From the NCBI GenBank assembly GCA_963664725.1, contig OY761558.1, positions 2,156,414 through 2,220,413 on the forward strand: 64,000 nucleotides of DNA, read 5' to 3'. Origin of the DNA: Dehalococcoidia bacterium (GTDB lineage: Bacteria > Chloroflexota > Dehalococcoidia > Lucifugimonadales > UBA3495). The position numbers and the translations under genes are program-made. Positions 36,701 through 47,330 of this stretch are shown here, piece after piece (position 1 is the stretch's first letter; every line of letters starts with the position of its first letter). A model generated the notes under the pieces. The model made no database searches. It was not told the DNA's origin and worked only from the letters and a program-made list of their open reading frames with translations.

Positions 36701-37852
36701 GTGGCAGATTCCACCAATGCAGGGGATGCATGGGGTGCCGGGGCGCTCCACCACCGCCTCGGCGTGGCGCCCATCATCAACGCCGCAGGTTCCATTACCC
36801 GCCTGGGCGGCTCCAGGACCCGTCCCCAGACCCTGGAACTCATGGCCCAGGCCGCACGGGTCATGGTCAATATCGACGATTTGAACCGCGCGGCCGGCGA
36901 GGAACTGGCCCGGCTTACCGGCGCCGAGGCCGGCTTTGTCTGCAGCGGCGCCGCTGGTGGCCTGGTCCTTCAGGCCGCTGCCGTCATCGCCGGCAACGAC
37001 CCCGTCAAGATGCGCCAGCTCCCCGACACCCACGGCCTGAAGAACGAAATCGCCATCCACACCATGCACCGCTTCCCCTACGACCAGGCCTACCGCGCCG
37101 CCGGAGCACGCCTGGTGGAATTCGGCGATTACCTCTTCACCCACCCCTGGCAGCTTGAAGGGGCCATCAACGAACGCACTGCCGCCATCGCCTATCTACT
37201 CGCTCCCTTCTCCAGCAACCGGGTCCTGCCCCTGGAGAGCGTCTGCGAGATTGCCCACGCCCGCGACGTCCCCGTCATCGTCGACGCCGCTTCCATGCTG
37301 CCGCCACGCGCCAACCTCTACCGCTATCTCCAGGAAGGCGCCGATATGGTGGTCTACAGCGGTGGTAAGGGCGTCCGCGGCCCCCAGGGCACCGGCATCC
37401 TGGTCGGACGCGCCGACCTTATCGGGGCCGCCGCCGCCCAGGCCAGCCCCGCCCAGTTCCTCGGTCGCGGCATGAAGGTCGCCAAGGAGGAGATAATCGG
37501 CCTGGTAGCTTCCCTGGCTGCTTTCGTTGAAGAGGACGAGGCCGCGGAAATGCAAGCCTGCCGGGACCTGGTCCAGCCCGTGGTCGATGCCCTGGTGGAA
37601 ATACCGGGCCTGCGGGTGACACTGGAGCACGACACTGTCAACTACCTCCTGCCCCAGGCCGTGATTCGCTTCACCGACCAATGGAACGGACCGTCCCGGG
37701 ATGCCGTGGCTGCCGCCCTCGAGCAGGGCAGCCCACAAATCTACATGCAGACCTTGGGCGGCCCCCACGAACTCGCCGTCGACCCCCTTAACCTTACCGA
37801 AGAAGAAGTAACAACCATAATCCGCCGCTTGGGAGAAGAACTCATCAGGTAG
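36701..37852 (+). CDS. SelA/DgaE-family PLP-dependent enzyme (no SelA N-terminal domain)
   Basis: YSGGKGVRGPQGTGILVGRADLI matches the SelA-type PLP-lysine region (SG.K..GGPQ.GI). The length is 383 aa. AGGAGG lies upstream of a GTG start. Confidence 0.8.
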   Translation: MADSTNAGDAWGAGALHHRLGVAPIINAAGSITRLGGSRTRPQTLELMAQAARVMVNIDDLNRAAGEELARLTGAEAGFVCSGAAGGLVLQAAAVIAGNDPVKMRQLPDTHGLKNEIAIHTMHRFPYDQAYRAAGARLVEFGDYLFTHPWQLEGAINERTAAIAYLLAPFSSNRVLPLESVCEIAHARDVPVIVDAASMLPPRANLYRYLQEGADMVVYSGGKGVRGPQGTGILVGRADLIGAAAAQASPAQFLGRGMKVAKEEIIGLVASLAAFVEEDEAAEMQACRDLVQPVVDALVEIPGLRVTLEHDTVNYLLPQAVIRFTDQWNGPSRDAVAAALEQGSPQIYMQTLGGPHELAVDPLNLTEEEVTTIIRRLGEELIR

Positions 37853-38015
37853 GAATTGCCGCCATCAGGTCCCTTGCGCGGGAGAGACAGAGGGGGGATG
37901 AGAGGCTGGAAATTCCGGCCAGGCCTCCAGAGAGGACGCGGAATTGACAAGCCTGAAGGGGTCTGTTGAAATTGGGCCATCACCAAACAGAATGGCAGAT
38001 AAGGAGGTGGGCGTT

Positions 38016-38999
38016 ATGGCAGGCAAGACATTGATATACGTCGGGGCCGAGGCAGACGGGCTTTATCGCAAAGAGGCAGGCGATTCCCGCTGGGAGAAGT
38101 TGGCCAAGGGCATGCCGCCCTCCCCGCAGGTGCGCGCCATAGTGGTACACCCGGATGACGCCAGCACCATATTCGTCGGCACCCAGCGCGGCGTATACTG
38201 TTCCAAAGACGGGGGCGACAGCTTCGAGCGGATGAACATGACCGAAGGCCGCATCGTCTGGTCCATCAAGTTCCATCCCCATGACTCCAGCATCATGTTC
38301 CTGGGCACCGAAGGCTCAGAGGTGTTCAAGAGCACCGATGGCGGCGAGAACTGGGAGTACCTGTCCACTGTATCCAATCCCGACTCGGTCCAGATGGCCT
38401 TCGCCACCCGCATCCTGGGCATCGGCATCGAGGCAGGCGACACCAACCAGATGTATGCGGCGCTGGAAGTTGGCGGCGCGGCCCACAGTTCCGACGGCGG
38501 CAAGACCTGGACCATCGTCAACAGCAAGTTCGAAGGCGACGTCGACCTCCTGGACCTGCACGGTGTAACCGTTGGCGTCAACGAATCCGTGTTCATCTCC
38601 AACCGCACCGGTGTATGGCGCACCCGCGACCGCGGCCAGTCCTGGGACGACCTGCGGTTCGACAACTTTTCCAACATCCGCTACTCCCGGGGCGTAGAGG
38701 TCGCGCCCAACGACCCCAGCACTCTTTACGCCTGTGTCGGCCTGAACTTCGGCAGTGAAGAGGGCGGCGTCCTTCGCTCCACGGACGGCGGCGACACCTG
38801 GAACAGGTTTGACCAGGGCATTGAGCCCACCAGCACCACCTTCGGCATCGCCGTGAACGACCGTGCGCCGGAGCAGGTCTACTTCTGCACCCGAAAGGGC
38901 CAGGTGTTCGGCACTCACGACGGAGGGGCAACCTGGCACGGCCACGATCTTCCCGAGATGGCGGCCAGCGTGAAGGCCATCGCCTGCACGTCAGCCTAG
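38016..38999 (+). CDS. BNR/Asp-box repeat beta-propeller protein (Ycf48/sialidase-like fold)
   Basis: Six Asp-box motifs: SKDGGDSF, STDGGENW, SSDGGKTW, TRDRGQSW, STDGGDTW and THDGGATW. AAGGAGGTG lies upstream of the ATG at 38016. Confidence 0.8.
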   Translation: MAGKTLIYVGAEADGLYRKEAGDSRWEKLAKGMPPSPQVRAIVVHPDDASTIFVGTQRGVYCSKDGGDSFERMNMTEGRIVWSIKFHPHDSSIMFLGTEGSEVFKSTDGGENWEYLSTVSNPDSVQMAFATRILGIGIEAGDTNQMYAALEVGGAAHSSDGGKTWTIVNSKFEGDVDLLDLHGVTVGVNESVFISNRTGVWRTRDRGQSWDDLRFDNFSNIRYSRGVEVAPNDPSTLYACVGLNFGSEEGGVLRSTDGGDTWNRFDQGIEPTSTTFGIAVNDRAPEQVYFCTRKGQVFGTHDGGATWHGHDLPEMAASVKAIACTSA

Positions 39000-39011
39000 C
39001 TGGCCAAATTC

Positions 39012-39052
39012 CCCCCGAACCCTGACCGGGTGTACTTGTCAGGGTTCGGGGG
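39012..39052 (+). terminator. 15-bp stem-loop after the BNR gene (terminator-like, no U tract)
   Basis: CCCCCGAACCCTGAC, an 11-nt loop, then GTCAGGGTTCGGGGG, beginning 13 nt after the stop codon. Confidence 0.5.
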
Positions 39053-39655
39053 CTGGCCCTGAAATCTCCCCTGCTTCTACGGCCACCCAGGCGAATCCAG
39101 CGGTGAACCACAAGAAAGGGAGCTGGACAACAAGATGTGGCACCTGGCCACCCTGAGCGACCCTCAGTGCCACCGGCCGCGGTACCCATGACGGTCGAAG
39201 CCGATTATTCCCCTACCACGGGGCGTCCATGCCAATGCCGGGTCCGCCAAACTCGCCCCTCAAACAGCGCGGGGGACCCAGGTCAATAGCAATGCCGTCC
39301 GCCCTGCTTGGCAGCAACCCCTGCGGTTAACACACGCACCTTCAAGGGAATGGTGCCTGACGGGAGACGCCCGTTGACAGAGTTAATGGTGAGGAGTATT
39401 ATTCATCACTATTGACATTAACTATCAATAATAACCAGCAGTTTGAGTACCTGGTCGGGGGTGTCAGCCCCTCCAGGCTGCTACAGGCCGCGGGCGTTTC
39501 CAGTAAGGCTGGCAAACCGCCCGGGCGTACCTGTGGGATATTTCCCTCTGGCAGTGTCAACCTATGCCTGGCAGGTGACTTCGCCCTCCAGGAATGGCCA
39601 GCGCCAGTAGAGCAAGATCAGGATCAGCTTTTCCAAACCAAGACGGAGGATTATT

Positions 39656-41470
39656 TTGCGACCATTAGTGATACAGCATATTTATTGGGTTGTTCCAGGG
39701 ATGCTGGCCATATTGATGGCTCTGTCAGTGGCCTGCGGGTCGGCAAGCGCCCCTGCAGTAAGCGACCTGCCTTCTGCCCCTGCGGTAAACGACCCAGTTC
39801 CCGCTCCTGCGGTAAGTGCACCGGCGCCAGCGCCCACGGCAATAGAAGCGGCTCCCGCCGACACCCAGACCCAGGCATTGGCTGCTGCAACCATGGCTCC
39901 CCAGCAACCCGCCCAGGCGACTGAATCGTCGGAGCAGGCGGTGGCGCCGACGGCCGTGGTTGTGCAACCTTCACCTATTGTTGATGCCGGAGTGGAACGT
40001 CCCATCCTTAAGGCCGGTGTTATCTGGCTGGACAGCCCGCTGGACCCGGTGGAGGGCGCCTGGGCTGCCAGTCAAGCGGGTATGGCGGAGAACCTGTTCC
40101 GTGTGTCGGCTGCCAACCTTGGTCCCGAGCCATGGCTTGCGACAGGCGCCGAGCAGATAGACCCGATGACGTGGCAGATTGGGCTACGCGCTGACGTCAG
40201 ATTTCACAACGGTGCGGTGATGGACGCTGACGCAGTCAAGGCGTCACTGGAGAGGACAGCCCTGTTGTCACCCAGTACCGGGGAAAGGCTGGCAATCGAA
40301 AGTGTGGAAGTCAAGGACGCCCATACGATTATCGTGAATACGATGGAGCCGCGTCCCACGCTGCCAGGCCTGTTGACAATTTCCCAGGCGGCCATCGTTG
40401 ACGCCGCCGCGGTTGACGCCGCCGGCGAGGGCAATTTCCTGTCTGCGGGAGCGATGACCGGCCCATACATCCCTACTGAATATGTCCTCAAGGAACGCCT
40501 GGTAAGCGTGGCCAACGACGACTACTGGGGCGGGGCTCCCCCGCTGGCCGGCATCGAGCACGTCGCCATTCCGGATACCAACAGCCGTGAACTGGCCCTG
40601 CAAGCCGGCGACATTGATTTTGCTATGAACATCTCTCCGGAAGCGGTGGAACGTTTCAATGACCACCCCGACCTGCACAGCCGGACGGCCGGCGCGGGAA
40701 CTTCGGTGGTGATGTGGTGGGTCAATTTCGAGCGGGGCACCCTTTCCGATCCGCTGGTTCGCCAGGCCGTGAGCCACGCCATAGACCGGGAAGGCATCTC
40801 CGGGCTGGTGGCGCCGGCGGGCACAGGTTCGTTTGCCGACCTCTTGCTGCCGGAAGCGATGGCGTCCTGCCCCGGAGTGGCCGGGCCGGCTTACGATCCG
40901 CAGCGCGCCGTTGATTTGCTGGCCGAGGCCGGCTACGTGGACTCCGACGGTGACGGCTACGTGGACAAGGACGGGCAGGCTCTGGAGATAGTGATCGGCG
41001 GCTACCCGCAACGGTTCCAGCTGCCAATAATGGCCGAGGCCGCCCAGGCAATGCTGGCGGACGCGGGAATCCGTGCCCAGGTACAAATCACAGAGTGGTC
41101 GGTGGTCAAGGAACCCACATGGGACCTATTCGGATGGTACAACAACGTGGTTGACGCCGGAGACCCGGTATTGAACGTAAGCAAGTTTGTTGGACTGCAC
41201 ACCGACGGCAGCAACAGCGGCGCCAACAACTATGGACAATACTTGAATCCGGAACTGGTGGACATCATTGCCCAGGCTGGGGACGTCGCTGACATTCAGC
41301 AGCGGCAGGAAATAGCGTGCGAGGCACAGGCCGTGGTTGCCGCCGAAATCGCGCTCCTGCCGGTGGCGCACGCATATATGGTTTACGGCGTCAATGAGCA
41401 GGTTACAGGGTTCGATCCGCACCCCCACCGGCTCTACATGCTCGACAACCGCGTCGGTCTGAGCAAGTGA
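39656..41470 (+). CDS. ABC transporter substrate-binding lipoprotein, peptide/nickel (family 5) type
   Basis: Lipobox LSVACGS and an Ala/Pro linker, followed by the SBP_bac_5-like pattern (WQIGLRADVRFHNG...). GGAGGA lies 5 nt upstream of a TTG start. Confidence 0.85.
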   Translation: MRPLVIQHIYWVVPGMLAILMALSVACGSASAPAVSDLPSAPAVNDPVPAPAVSAPAPAPTAIEAAPADTQTQALAAATMAPQQPAQATESSEQAVAPTAVVVQPSPIVDAGVERPILKAGVIWLDSPLDPVEGAWAASQAGMAENLFRVSAANLGPEPWLATGAEQIDPMTWQIGLRADVRFHNGAVMDADAVKASLERTALLSPSTGERLAIESVEVKDAHTIIVNTMEPRPTLPGLLTISQAAIVDAAAVDAAGEGNFLSAGAMTGPYIPTEYVLKERLVSVANDDYWGGAPPLAGIEHVAIPDTNSRELALQAGDIDFAMNISPEAVERFNDHPDLHSRTAGAGTSVVMWWVNFERGTLSDPLVRQAVSHAIDREGISGLVAPAGTGSFADLLLPEAMASCPGVAGPAYDPQRAVDLLAEAGYVDSDGDGYVDKDGQALEIVIGGYPQRFQLPIMAEAAQAMLADAGIRAQVQITEWSVVKEPTWDLFGWYNNVVDAGDPVLNVSKFVGLHTDGSNSGANNYGQYLNPELVDIIAQAGDVADIQQRQEIACEAQAVVAAEIALLPVAHAYMVYGVNEQVTGFDPHPHRLYMLDNRVGLSK

Positions 41471-41510
41471 ACCCCACCGATCTTCAATGCGGGGTTAACC
41501 GGTAACCAGT

Positions 41511-42458
41511 ATGGGAGCCTACCTGGCACGGCGGCTGGTCACGTTGCCACTGCTCCTCCTGGGAATCTCGGGCGTCAGTTTCATTCTTTTGAACCTGGCG
41601 CCGGGAGACCCGGCCGAAATAGTGCTGCGCCAGCGCAACCCGGGGCAGGCGCCCGGCCCGGCCGCTGTGGCCGCAATGCGCACGGAGCTTGGCTTGGATT
41701 CATCGTTGCCGGCGCAATATGCCCGCTGGGTGTCACAGGCCATATCGGGCGATCTGGGCCGGTCATACGTCACCGAACAACCGGTGGCCGCCCAGTTGAT
41801 CCGCCGGACCGTCCCCACGGTGGTGCTCACGGGATCCGCCCTGGCTCTTGCGCTGCTGGTCGCTGTGCCGGTTGGCATACTGTCCGCCCGGCTGCGGGGT
41901 AGTCCGGAGGATACCGCTGCGCGCCTGGTCGCCCTGGTTGGAGCGGCGGCTCCATCCTATGCCCTGGCCTACGGGCTGATTATACTGTTCGCGGTTAAAC
42001 TGTCGTGGCTGCCCGCTCTGGGCTACGGTTCGCCCGCCCAGATAGTGCTTCCGGCCATCGCGCTCTCCCTGGCTCCCATGGCCCAACTGATGCGGCTCAT
42101 ACGCGCCAGCATGCTGGAAACCCTGGGAGAGGACTACGTCCGGACAGCGCGGGCCAAGGGCCTGTCTGAGCAAACCGTAGCTATCAGGCACACTCTCCGC
42201 AACGCGCTGCTGCCGGCCATCGGGGCTACGGGAGTGAACCTGGGTTACCTTCTCAGCGGCTCCGTCATTGTGGAGACTATTTTCACCTGGCCCGGCTTGG
42301 GTCAGTTGATGGTCGGAGCGGTGTTGTCCCGGGATTACCCTGTGGTGCAGGGGTTCGTAACCTACGTCGCCGTGGTGGTCCTGCTGGTCAACCTGGCTGC
42401 CGATGTTGCCCTGCGCGTCGCCGACCCGCGCCTGCGCTTCGGAGGGGTCGAGGTGTAG
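41511..42458 (+). CDS. ABC transporter permease (DppB/OppB type)
   Basis: Typical N-terminus MGAYLARRLV...LLGISGVSFILLNLAPGDP and the EAA-loop region EDYVRTARAKGLSE. Confidence 0.9.
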   Translation: MGAYLARRLVTLPLLLLGISGVSFILLNLAPGDPAEIVLRQRNPGQAPGPAAVAAMRTELGLDSSLPAQYARWVSQAISGDLGRSYVTEQPVAAQLIRRTVPTVVLTGSALALALLVAVPVGILSARLRGSPEDTAARLVALVGAAAPSYALAYGLIILFAVKLSWLPALGYGSPAQIVLPAIALSLAPMAQLMRLIRASMLETLGEDYVRTARAKGLSEQTVAIRHTLRNALLPAIGATGVNLGYLLSGSVIVETIFTWPGLGQLMVGAVLSRDYPVVQGFVTYVAVVVLLVNLAADVALRVADPRLRFGGVEV

Positions 42459-42464
42459 CGGTCG

Positions 42465-43370
42465 ATGGCGGTTGAAACCAAACGAGGTGAGGAGCACGGT
42501 ACTCTGGAGGCAGTGGCCTCCGGCGCGCATGGACGACGGCGCTGGGCGGCGTCTTTGCGGGAGCCGGGAACCGCGCTGGGGTTGTTCCTGGTGGTGTCGT
42601 TGCTGCTGATGGGTTTGCTGTCACCCTGGCTCCCCCTGGATGATCCCACCAGGATAAACTTGTCCGAACGTCTCCTTCCGCCCTCGCCGAGACATCTGCT
42701 GGGCACTGACCACCTGGGTCGGGACACCTTAAGCCGGGTTGCCCACGGAGCGCGCATGACCCTGCTCGCGGCGGCGGCGACCCTGGCGCTCAGCATGACC
42801 ATCGCGTTGACCGTGGGAATCCTGTCCGGATACTACGGTGGCTGGCTGGACACGGCGTTGATGGCCGTGGTGGACCTGCTGCTGGCTTTTCCTTCGCTGA
42901 TCCTGGCCCTGGCCGTAGCGGGAGCGCTGGGGCCCGGCCTGTTCAACGTGCTGCTGGCAGCCGGAGCGGTCTGGTGGGTGGGCCATGCCCGCATCATTCG
43001 CGGAGTGACCCTGGGCGCGCGACAGATGGAATACGTGACGGCGGCCAGGGCTGTCGGAGCCGGACACCTGCGCATCATCTTCCGCCACATCGCGCCCAAC
43101 ATCCTCGGCCCGATCGTAGTAATCGCGTCCCTGGACGTGGGATGGATAATCCTGGGCATCGCCGGCCTTAACTTCCTGGGACTGGGCGCGCAACCGCCCA
43201 CTCCTGAATGGGGAGCTATGCTCAATGATGCCCGCCCACACCTGCAAACCTCGCCCCGCCTGTTGATGATACCCGGAGCGGCGATTTTCCTGGCGGTGCT
43301 CGGATTCAATCTGCTCGGTGATGGACTGAGAGACCTGCTGGATCCTCGGACCGGGCGGCCGGGCGGCTGA
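42465..43370 (+). CDS. ABC transporter permease (DppC/OppC type)
   Basis: HLLGTDHLGRD motif and the EAA-like segment YVTAARAVGAGHLRIIFRHIAPN. Confidence 0.9.
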   Translation: MAVETKRGEEHGTLEAVASGAHGRRRWAASLREPGTALGLFLVVSLLLMGLLSPWLPLDDPTRINLSERLLPPSPRHLLGTDHLGRDTLSRVAHGARMTLLAAAATLALSMTIALTVGILSGYYGGWLDTALMAVVDLLLAFPSLILALAVAGALGPGLFNVLLAAGAVWWVGHARIIRGVTLGARQMEYVTAARAVGAGHLRIIFRHIAPNILGPIVVIASLDVGWIILGIAGLNFLGLGAQPPTPEWGAMLNDARPHLQTSPRLLMIPGAAIFLAVLGFNLLGDGLRDLLDPRTGRPGG

Positions 43371-43605
43371 CCAACCCGGTCGGACAGGCGGGCAGAGCAG
43401 GGGTGTTCTAACCCGACAGCTGTAGGCTCAGGTCACGACGTCTCACCGCTTACGGCTAGGAATGGGGAAATCGCTCCCGGGGCATGCTTCAACGCAGGGG
43501 CCCGGGCCCGGCGGCGGGGAAGTTGAGGTGGCGGCACGCTGGAAGCGCGGGAACTCCGGGGTTGCCCGATCCTGCTTCAGTGAATAGGATATAGGTTAAT
43601 CGAAG

Positions 43606-44526
43606 GTGACAATACAATGCAGGGAGCAGGAGTTGGCGTTGCTAAATCCCACTGACTGCCAGCGCCCCACGGAACATTGGGCTACCATCGGCGAACTGCG
43701 GGTCCGGTACCTGGACTGGGGCGGCGACGGCGAACCGGTCATGCTCATGCACGGCCTGGCGTCCTCCGCCCACTGGTATGAACTGGTCGCCAGCCATTTG
43801 CGCCACAAATACCGGCTCTTCGCCGCCGATGCCAGGGGCCACGGCCAGACCACCCAGGCCCCGGGCGGGTATGACTGGCAAACCCTGGCGGCCGACGGCG
43901 TGGGACTTATGGACCATCTCGGCGTGCCGCGCGCTGCCGTGTTCGGACACTCCTGGGGAGCAACCGCAGCCCTCAACGTGGCCGTCCGTTTCCCGGACCG
44001 AGTAACTGCCCTGGGACTGATCGACGGCGGCGTGGGCAGACGAGTCGGCCCACGGGAACCGTGGGAGGTCGTCAAGGCCCAGGCCCGGCCCAGGGACGTG
44101 TCGGGAACCAGGCAGCAATTCCTGGACCGCCTGCGCCACCAGCTGTCGCTTTGCTGGAATGACGAGATCGAACGCATCGTCCAGACCATGGTGTATGAGG
44201 ACCAGGAAGGCCAGATTCAGGACATCCTGCGTCCCGAGAATCACGTGCAGGTAATGCACGCGATGTGGGAGGAGCCGGCCTCGGAGTCCTATTCCAGGAT
44301 TACCTGCCCGACGGTTATCATTCCGGCGGGGCCGACCCCTGATCGCGCGGACAGCGAGCGGGCCAGGCGGAAAGAGGACGGTGTCGCCGCAGCAGAAAAG
44401 GCCATCCCGGGATGCCGGGTGCGCTGGATACCGGAGACCGTTCACGATATTGGCTACCATAAGCCCGAAGAATTGGCCCGGGTTATGGACGAGTTTCTTT
44501 CGGGCATTTACCGACCGACAGCATAG
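43606..44526 (+). CDS. alpha/beta-fold hydrolase
   Basis: PVMLMHGLASS, DARGHGQT and the nucleophile elbow FGHSWGA. The exact start is uncertain. Confidence 0.85.
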   Translation: MTIQCREQELALLNPTDCQRPTEHWATIGELRVRYLDWGGDGEPVMLMHGLASSAHWYELVASHLRHKYRLFAADARGHGQTTQAPGGYDWQTLAADGVGLMDHLGVPRAAVFGHSWGATAALNVAVRFPDRVTALGLIDGGVGRRVGPREPWEVVKAQARPRDVSGTRQQFLDRLRHQLSLCWNDEIERIVQTMVYEDQEGQIQDILRPENHVQVMHAMWEEPASESYSRITCPTVIIPAGPTPDRADSERARRKEDGVAAAEKAIPGCRVRWIPETVHDIGYHKPEELARVMDEFLSGIYRPTA

Positions 44527-44601
44527 TTACAGCATAGTTAAGGATACCGCTCAACCCTCCCCGGCAGTCGCCGGGGCCAGATTCGTCCCAGAGGAGTATC
44601 G

Positions 44602-46422
44602 ATGACCATGACAGATGACAAGCAGACGCTCTCAGACCGGCTTACCAGACTACACCGGCGGATGAAAGAGGCCCAGGTGGACGCTTACCTTGTACTTTCC
44701 TCCGACGCCCACCTGAACGAGTATGCTCCAGAATATACGCGCCGCCGGACGGCCATCACCGGGTTCCGGGGCTCCGCCGGCGACGCCCTGATCTGCCCGG
44801 ATGGGAGCCACCTGTTTGTGGACTCCCGTTACCACATTCAGGCGGACGACGAGGTGGACCACGACAATTTCCGTGTCCACAAGCTCGGGCTGGCCGGGGA
44901 GAAGTTCCTCAGCCAGTGGTTGACCGAGATGGAAGAGGAACGGGGCAGCATACGCGTGGGATTCGACCCCTTCGTGGTCTCGATGCAGGCCCACTCTGCC
45001 TACCAGGCTGCCTTGAAATCTCCGGACTCCGCCCTGGTGCCGGTAAACGACAACCTGGTGGACGCCGTGTGGGACGAGCAACCGCCGGCGCCAGCAAATC
45101 CCATTTACCAGTTGCCCGACGACCTCACCGGTTGCGGCGTCGCCGAGAAGCTGTCAGACATCCGCAAGGAAATGGAGAATGCGGGAGCCACCCTGCTCGT
45201 GCTGACCAAGCTGGACGAAATTGCGTGGGTAACGAATCTCCGGGGCACGGATATTGCCTACAATCCCGTTTTCGAGGGCTACCTGGTCATTGACCGGGAG
45301 CGCGCCACCTGCTTCACCCGAGTTTCCCCTCCCCAGGATGTGACAGATGCCCTGGCCTCGCTAATCGACTTCGAATCCTACGGCGCCTACGCCGATGCGA
45401 TGAGTCGTTACGGCGCGGAAGCCTCGGGCCTGGTCTGGCTGGATCCCAGCGGGACCACGATGGGTACCAGGTTGATGCTTCACGAAGACCAGAAGCTGCT
45501 GGAGAAGCCCAATCCGACAGTGGCGCTTAAAGCCATCAAGAACGAAACGGAGATTGCAGCAGCCCGAAACTCCCACCGGCACGCCGCCGCCGCTAAAATC
45601 CGCAGCTTCAAGCGGCTGCAGGACTCGATCAGGGCCGGCGAGACGGTCAGTGAGGCGGGTTACAGCCAGATATTGTATGAGGAGTACTCCAGTGAGGAGG
45701 GCTTCTACGACCTCAGCTTCACCACCATCGCCGCAGCGGGAGCCAATGGGGCCATCGTCCACTACGCCGACGCCAGCCCGGATGTTCCGCTCTGCGACGG
45801 TGAACTGTTCCTGGTTGACTCCGGCGTACAGCTAAGGGGTGGCACTACCGACGATACGCGCACGGTGATTGTCGGCGAACCGTCGGAACGCCAGAAGGAA
45901 ATCTACACCCTGGTCCTGCGCGGCCACATCAACCTGGCGATGCAGAAATTCCCCGAGGGAACCGGAGGTATTGGCCTGGATGCCCTGGCGCGCACGTTCC
46001 TGTGGAACGCTGGGCTCGACTACGGGCATGGAACAGGCCACGGCGTCGGCGCCTTTCTGAACGTCCACGAAGGACCCCAGCGAATCACGCCGAGGGGAGC
46101 CGACGAGCCGTTCAAGGTCGGGATGATTGTCTCCAACGAACCCGGCTACTACGAGGCGGGATGGGGTGGCGTGCGCCTGGAAAATCTGTACGTTGTCGCC
46201 CCTGACGAGGAGATGCCCGGGCACCCCGACGGCCGGAAGTGGCTGCAGATGGAAGCGTTGACCCTCATTCCCTTCCAAAGGGAACTCATCGACTGGGACC
46301 AGCTTTCCAGAGGGGAACGCCAGTGGCTGGAAGAATACCACCAGCAGGTGTGGGACACCATCGCCCCCATGCTGGAGGGCGAGGACCGGGAGTGGCTGCG
46401 GGAGGCTTGCCAGACCCCCTGA
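44602..46422 (+). CDS. Xaa-Pro aminopeptidase (M24B, aminopeptidase P family, long form)
   Basis: Creatinase-like N-terminal domains and the pita-bread metal ligands (FLVDSG...DDTRT, HGTGHGVGAFLNVHEGP, SNEPGYY...GVRLEN). GAGGAG lies upstream of the ATG. Confidence 0.9.
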   Translation: MTMTDDKQTLSDRLTRLHRRMKEAQVDAYLVLSSDAHLNEYAPEYTRRRTAITGFRGSAGDALICPDGSHLFVDSRYHIQADDEVDHDNFRVHKLGLAGEKFLSQWLTEMEEERGSIRVGFDPFVVSMQAHSAYQAALKSPDSALVPVNDNLVDAVWDEQPPAPANPIYQLPDDLTGCGVAEKLSDIRKEMENAGATLLVLTKLDEIAWVTNLRGTDIAYNPVFEGYLVIDRERATCFTRVSPPQDVTDALASLIDFESYGAYADAMSRYGAEASGLVWLDPSGTTMGTRLMLHEDQKLLEKPNPTVALKAIKNETEIAAARNSHRHAAAAKIRSFKRLQDSIRAGETVSEAGYSQILYEEYSSEEGFYDLSFTTIAAAGANGAIVHYADASPDVPLCDGELFLVDSGVQLRGGTTDDTRTVIVGEPSERQKEIYTLVLRGHINLAMQKFPEGTGGIGLDALARTFLWNAGLDYGHGTGHGVGAFLNVHEGPQRITPRGADEPFKVGMIVSNEPGYYEAGWGGVRLENLYVVAPDEEMPGHPDGRKWLQMEALTLIPFQRELIDWDQLSRGERQWLEEYHQQVWDTIAPMLEGEDREWLREACQTP

Positions 46423-46565
46423 CGGGCAGGCGCCACCCACCCTGCGCCCGGGCAGCCTGAACCTGCCTGTTCTGCGTGGGCACGAATTTCAGGGAAGAGC
46501 ACGGCGAACTCAAGCCGTGCTCTCCGTTCATCCTGAAGAAATGGGCAGGGCTGCCCCTGGCCAGG

Positions 46566-47093
46566 CTAGATGAACCAGCCCATGCCTTCCCAGTGGCCGC
46601 GCAGGAAGGCTATCTGGCCTCCGTGGACGATGTTGTCATAGACCAGGACACCGATGAGGGTCTCTTTCGGCTCGGGGTCCATGCCGGGCCTCATGCTCAT
46701 GGTGACGCTCAGTTCCTCTTCGGTCACCGTGGACATATACTCCCGGCAGCAGGCCTTCATTGCCTCATAGTAGCCTACCAGGACGTCTTTGGGGGGAGGC
46801 TGCCATGCGGCCACGCGCGCCGCGTCCCAGCCCTGTCCGGTTGTCTCCGGGTCGTCGCTCAGACCGAATTTCTCGCACCAGCCGCCCTCTATCCATACCT
46901 GGGGCTTGCCCTGGAACCTGGTATTCATGAATACGTCCACCACCCGGCTCATGTGGAAGAGGAGCCAGCCGATGGAATTGTCGCTGTCGGATACTCGGCG
47001 CGCCAGCGTCTCATCACTCAGCCCCTCTATGGCACGGTCTACCATTCCCCAGTTACGTTCCAGCGCATTTGATATTCCAGTGGAAACAGCCAT
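46566..47093 (-). CDS. DinB-family protein
   Basis: WLLFHMSRVVD...YDNIVHGGQIAFLRG His pattern and a length of 175 aa. Confidence 0.75.
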   Translation of the reverse strand: MAVSTGISNALERNWGMVDRAIEGLSDETLARRVSDSDNSIGWLLFHMSRVVDVFMNTRFQGKPQVWIEGGWCEKFGLSDDPETTGQGWDAARVAAWQPPPKDVLVGYYEAMKACCREYMSTVTEEELSVTMSMRPGMDPEPKETLIGVLVYDNIVHGGQIAFLRGHWEGMGWFI

Positions 47094-47330
47094 AATTACT
47101 CTCCAGAAGTTTCATCAGGTTGGGGTTGCGGGGCCAATTGTAACAGTCCCAAAACTGGAATGGTAAGGTAGCGCGACGGTGAAGCAAGAGACCTGCTGCT
47201 GGTTTGCGGCTTTAGTATCAGATCAGGACCCTGAATCCGGGAGGGGCATAGACCTGGGGAGAAACCCCGCAATAACCGCCAAAGTTCCAAGTGTGTATAA
47301 TGTCGGCATCTCACATAAGCGGGAGGACGA

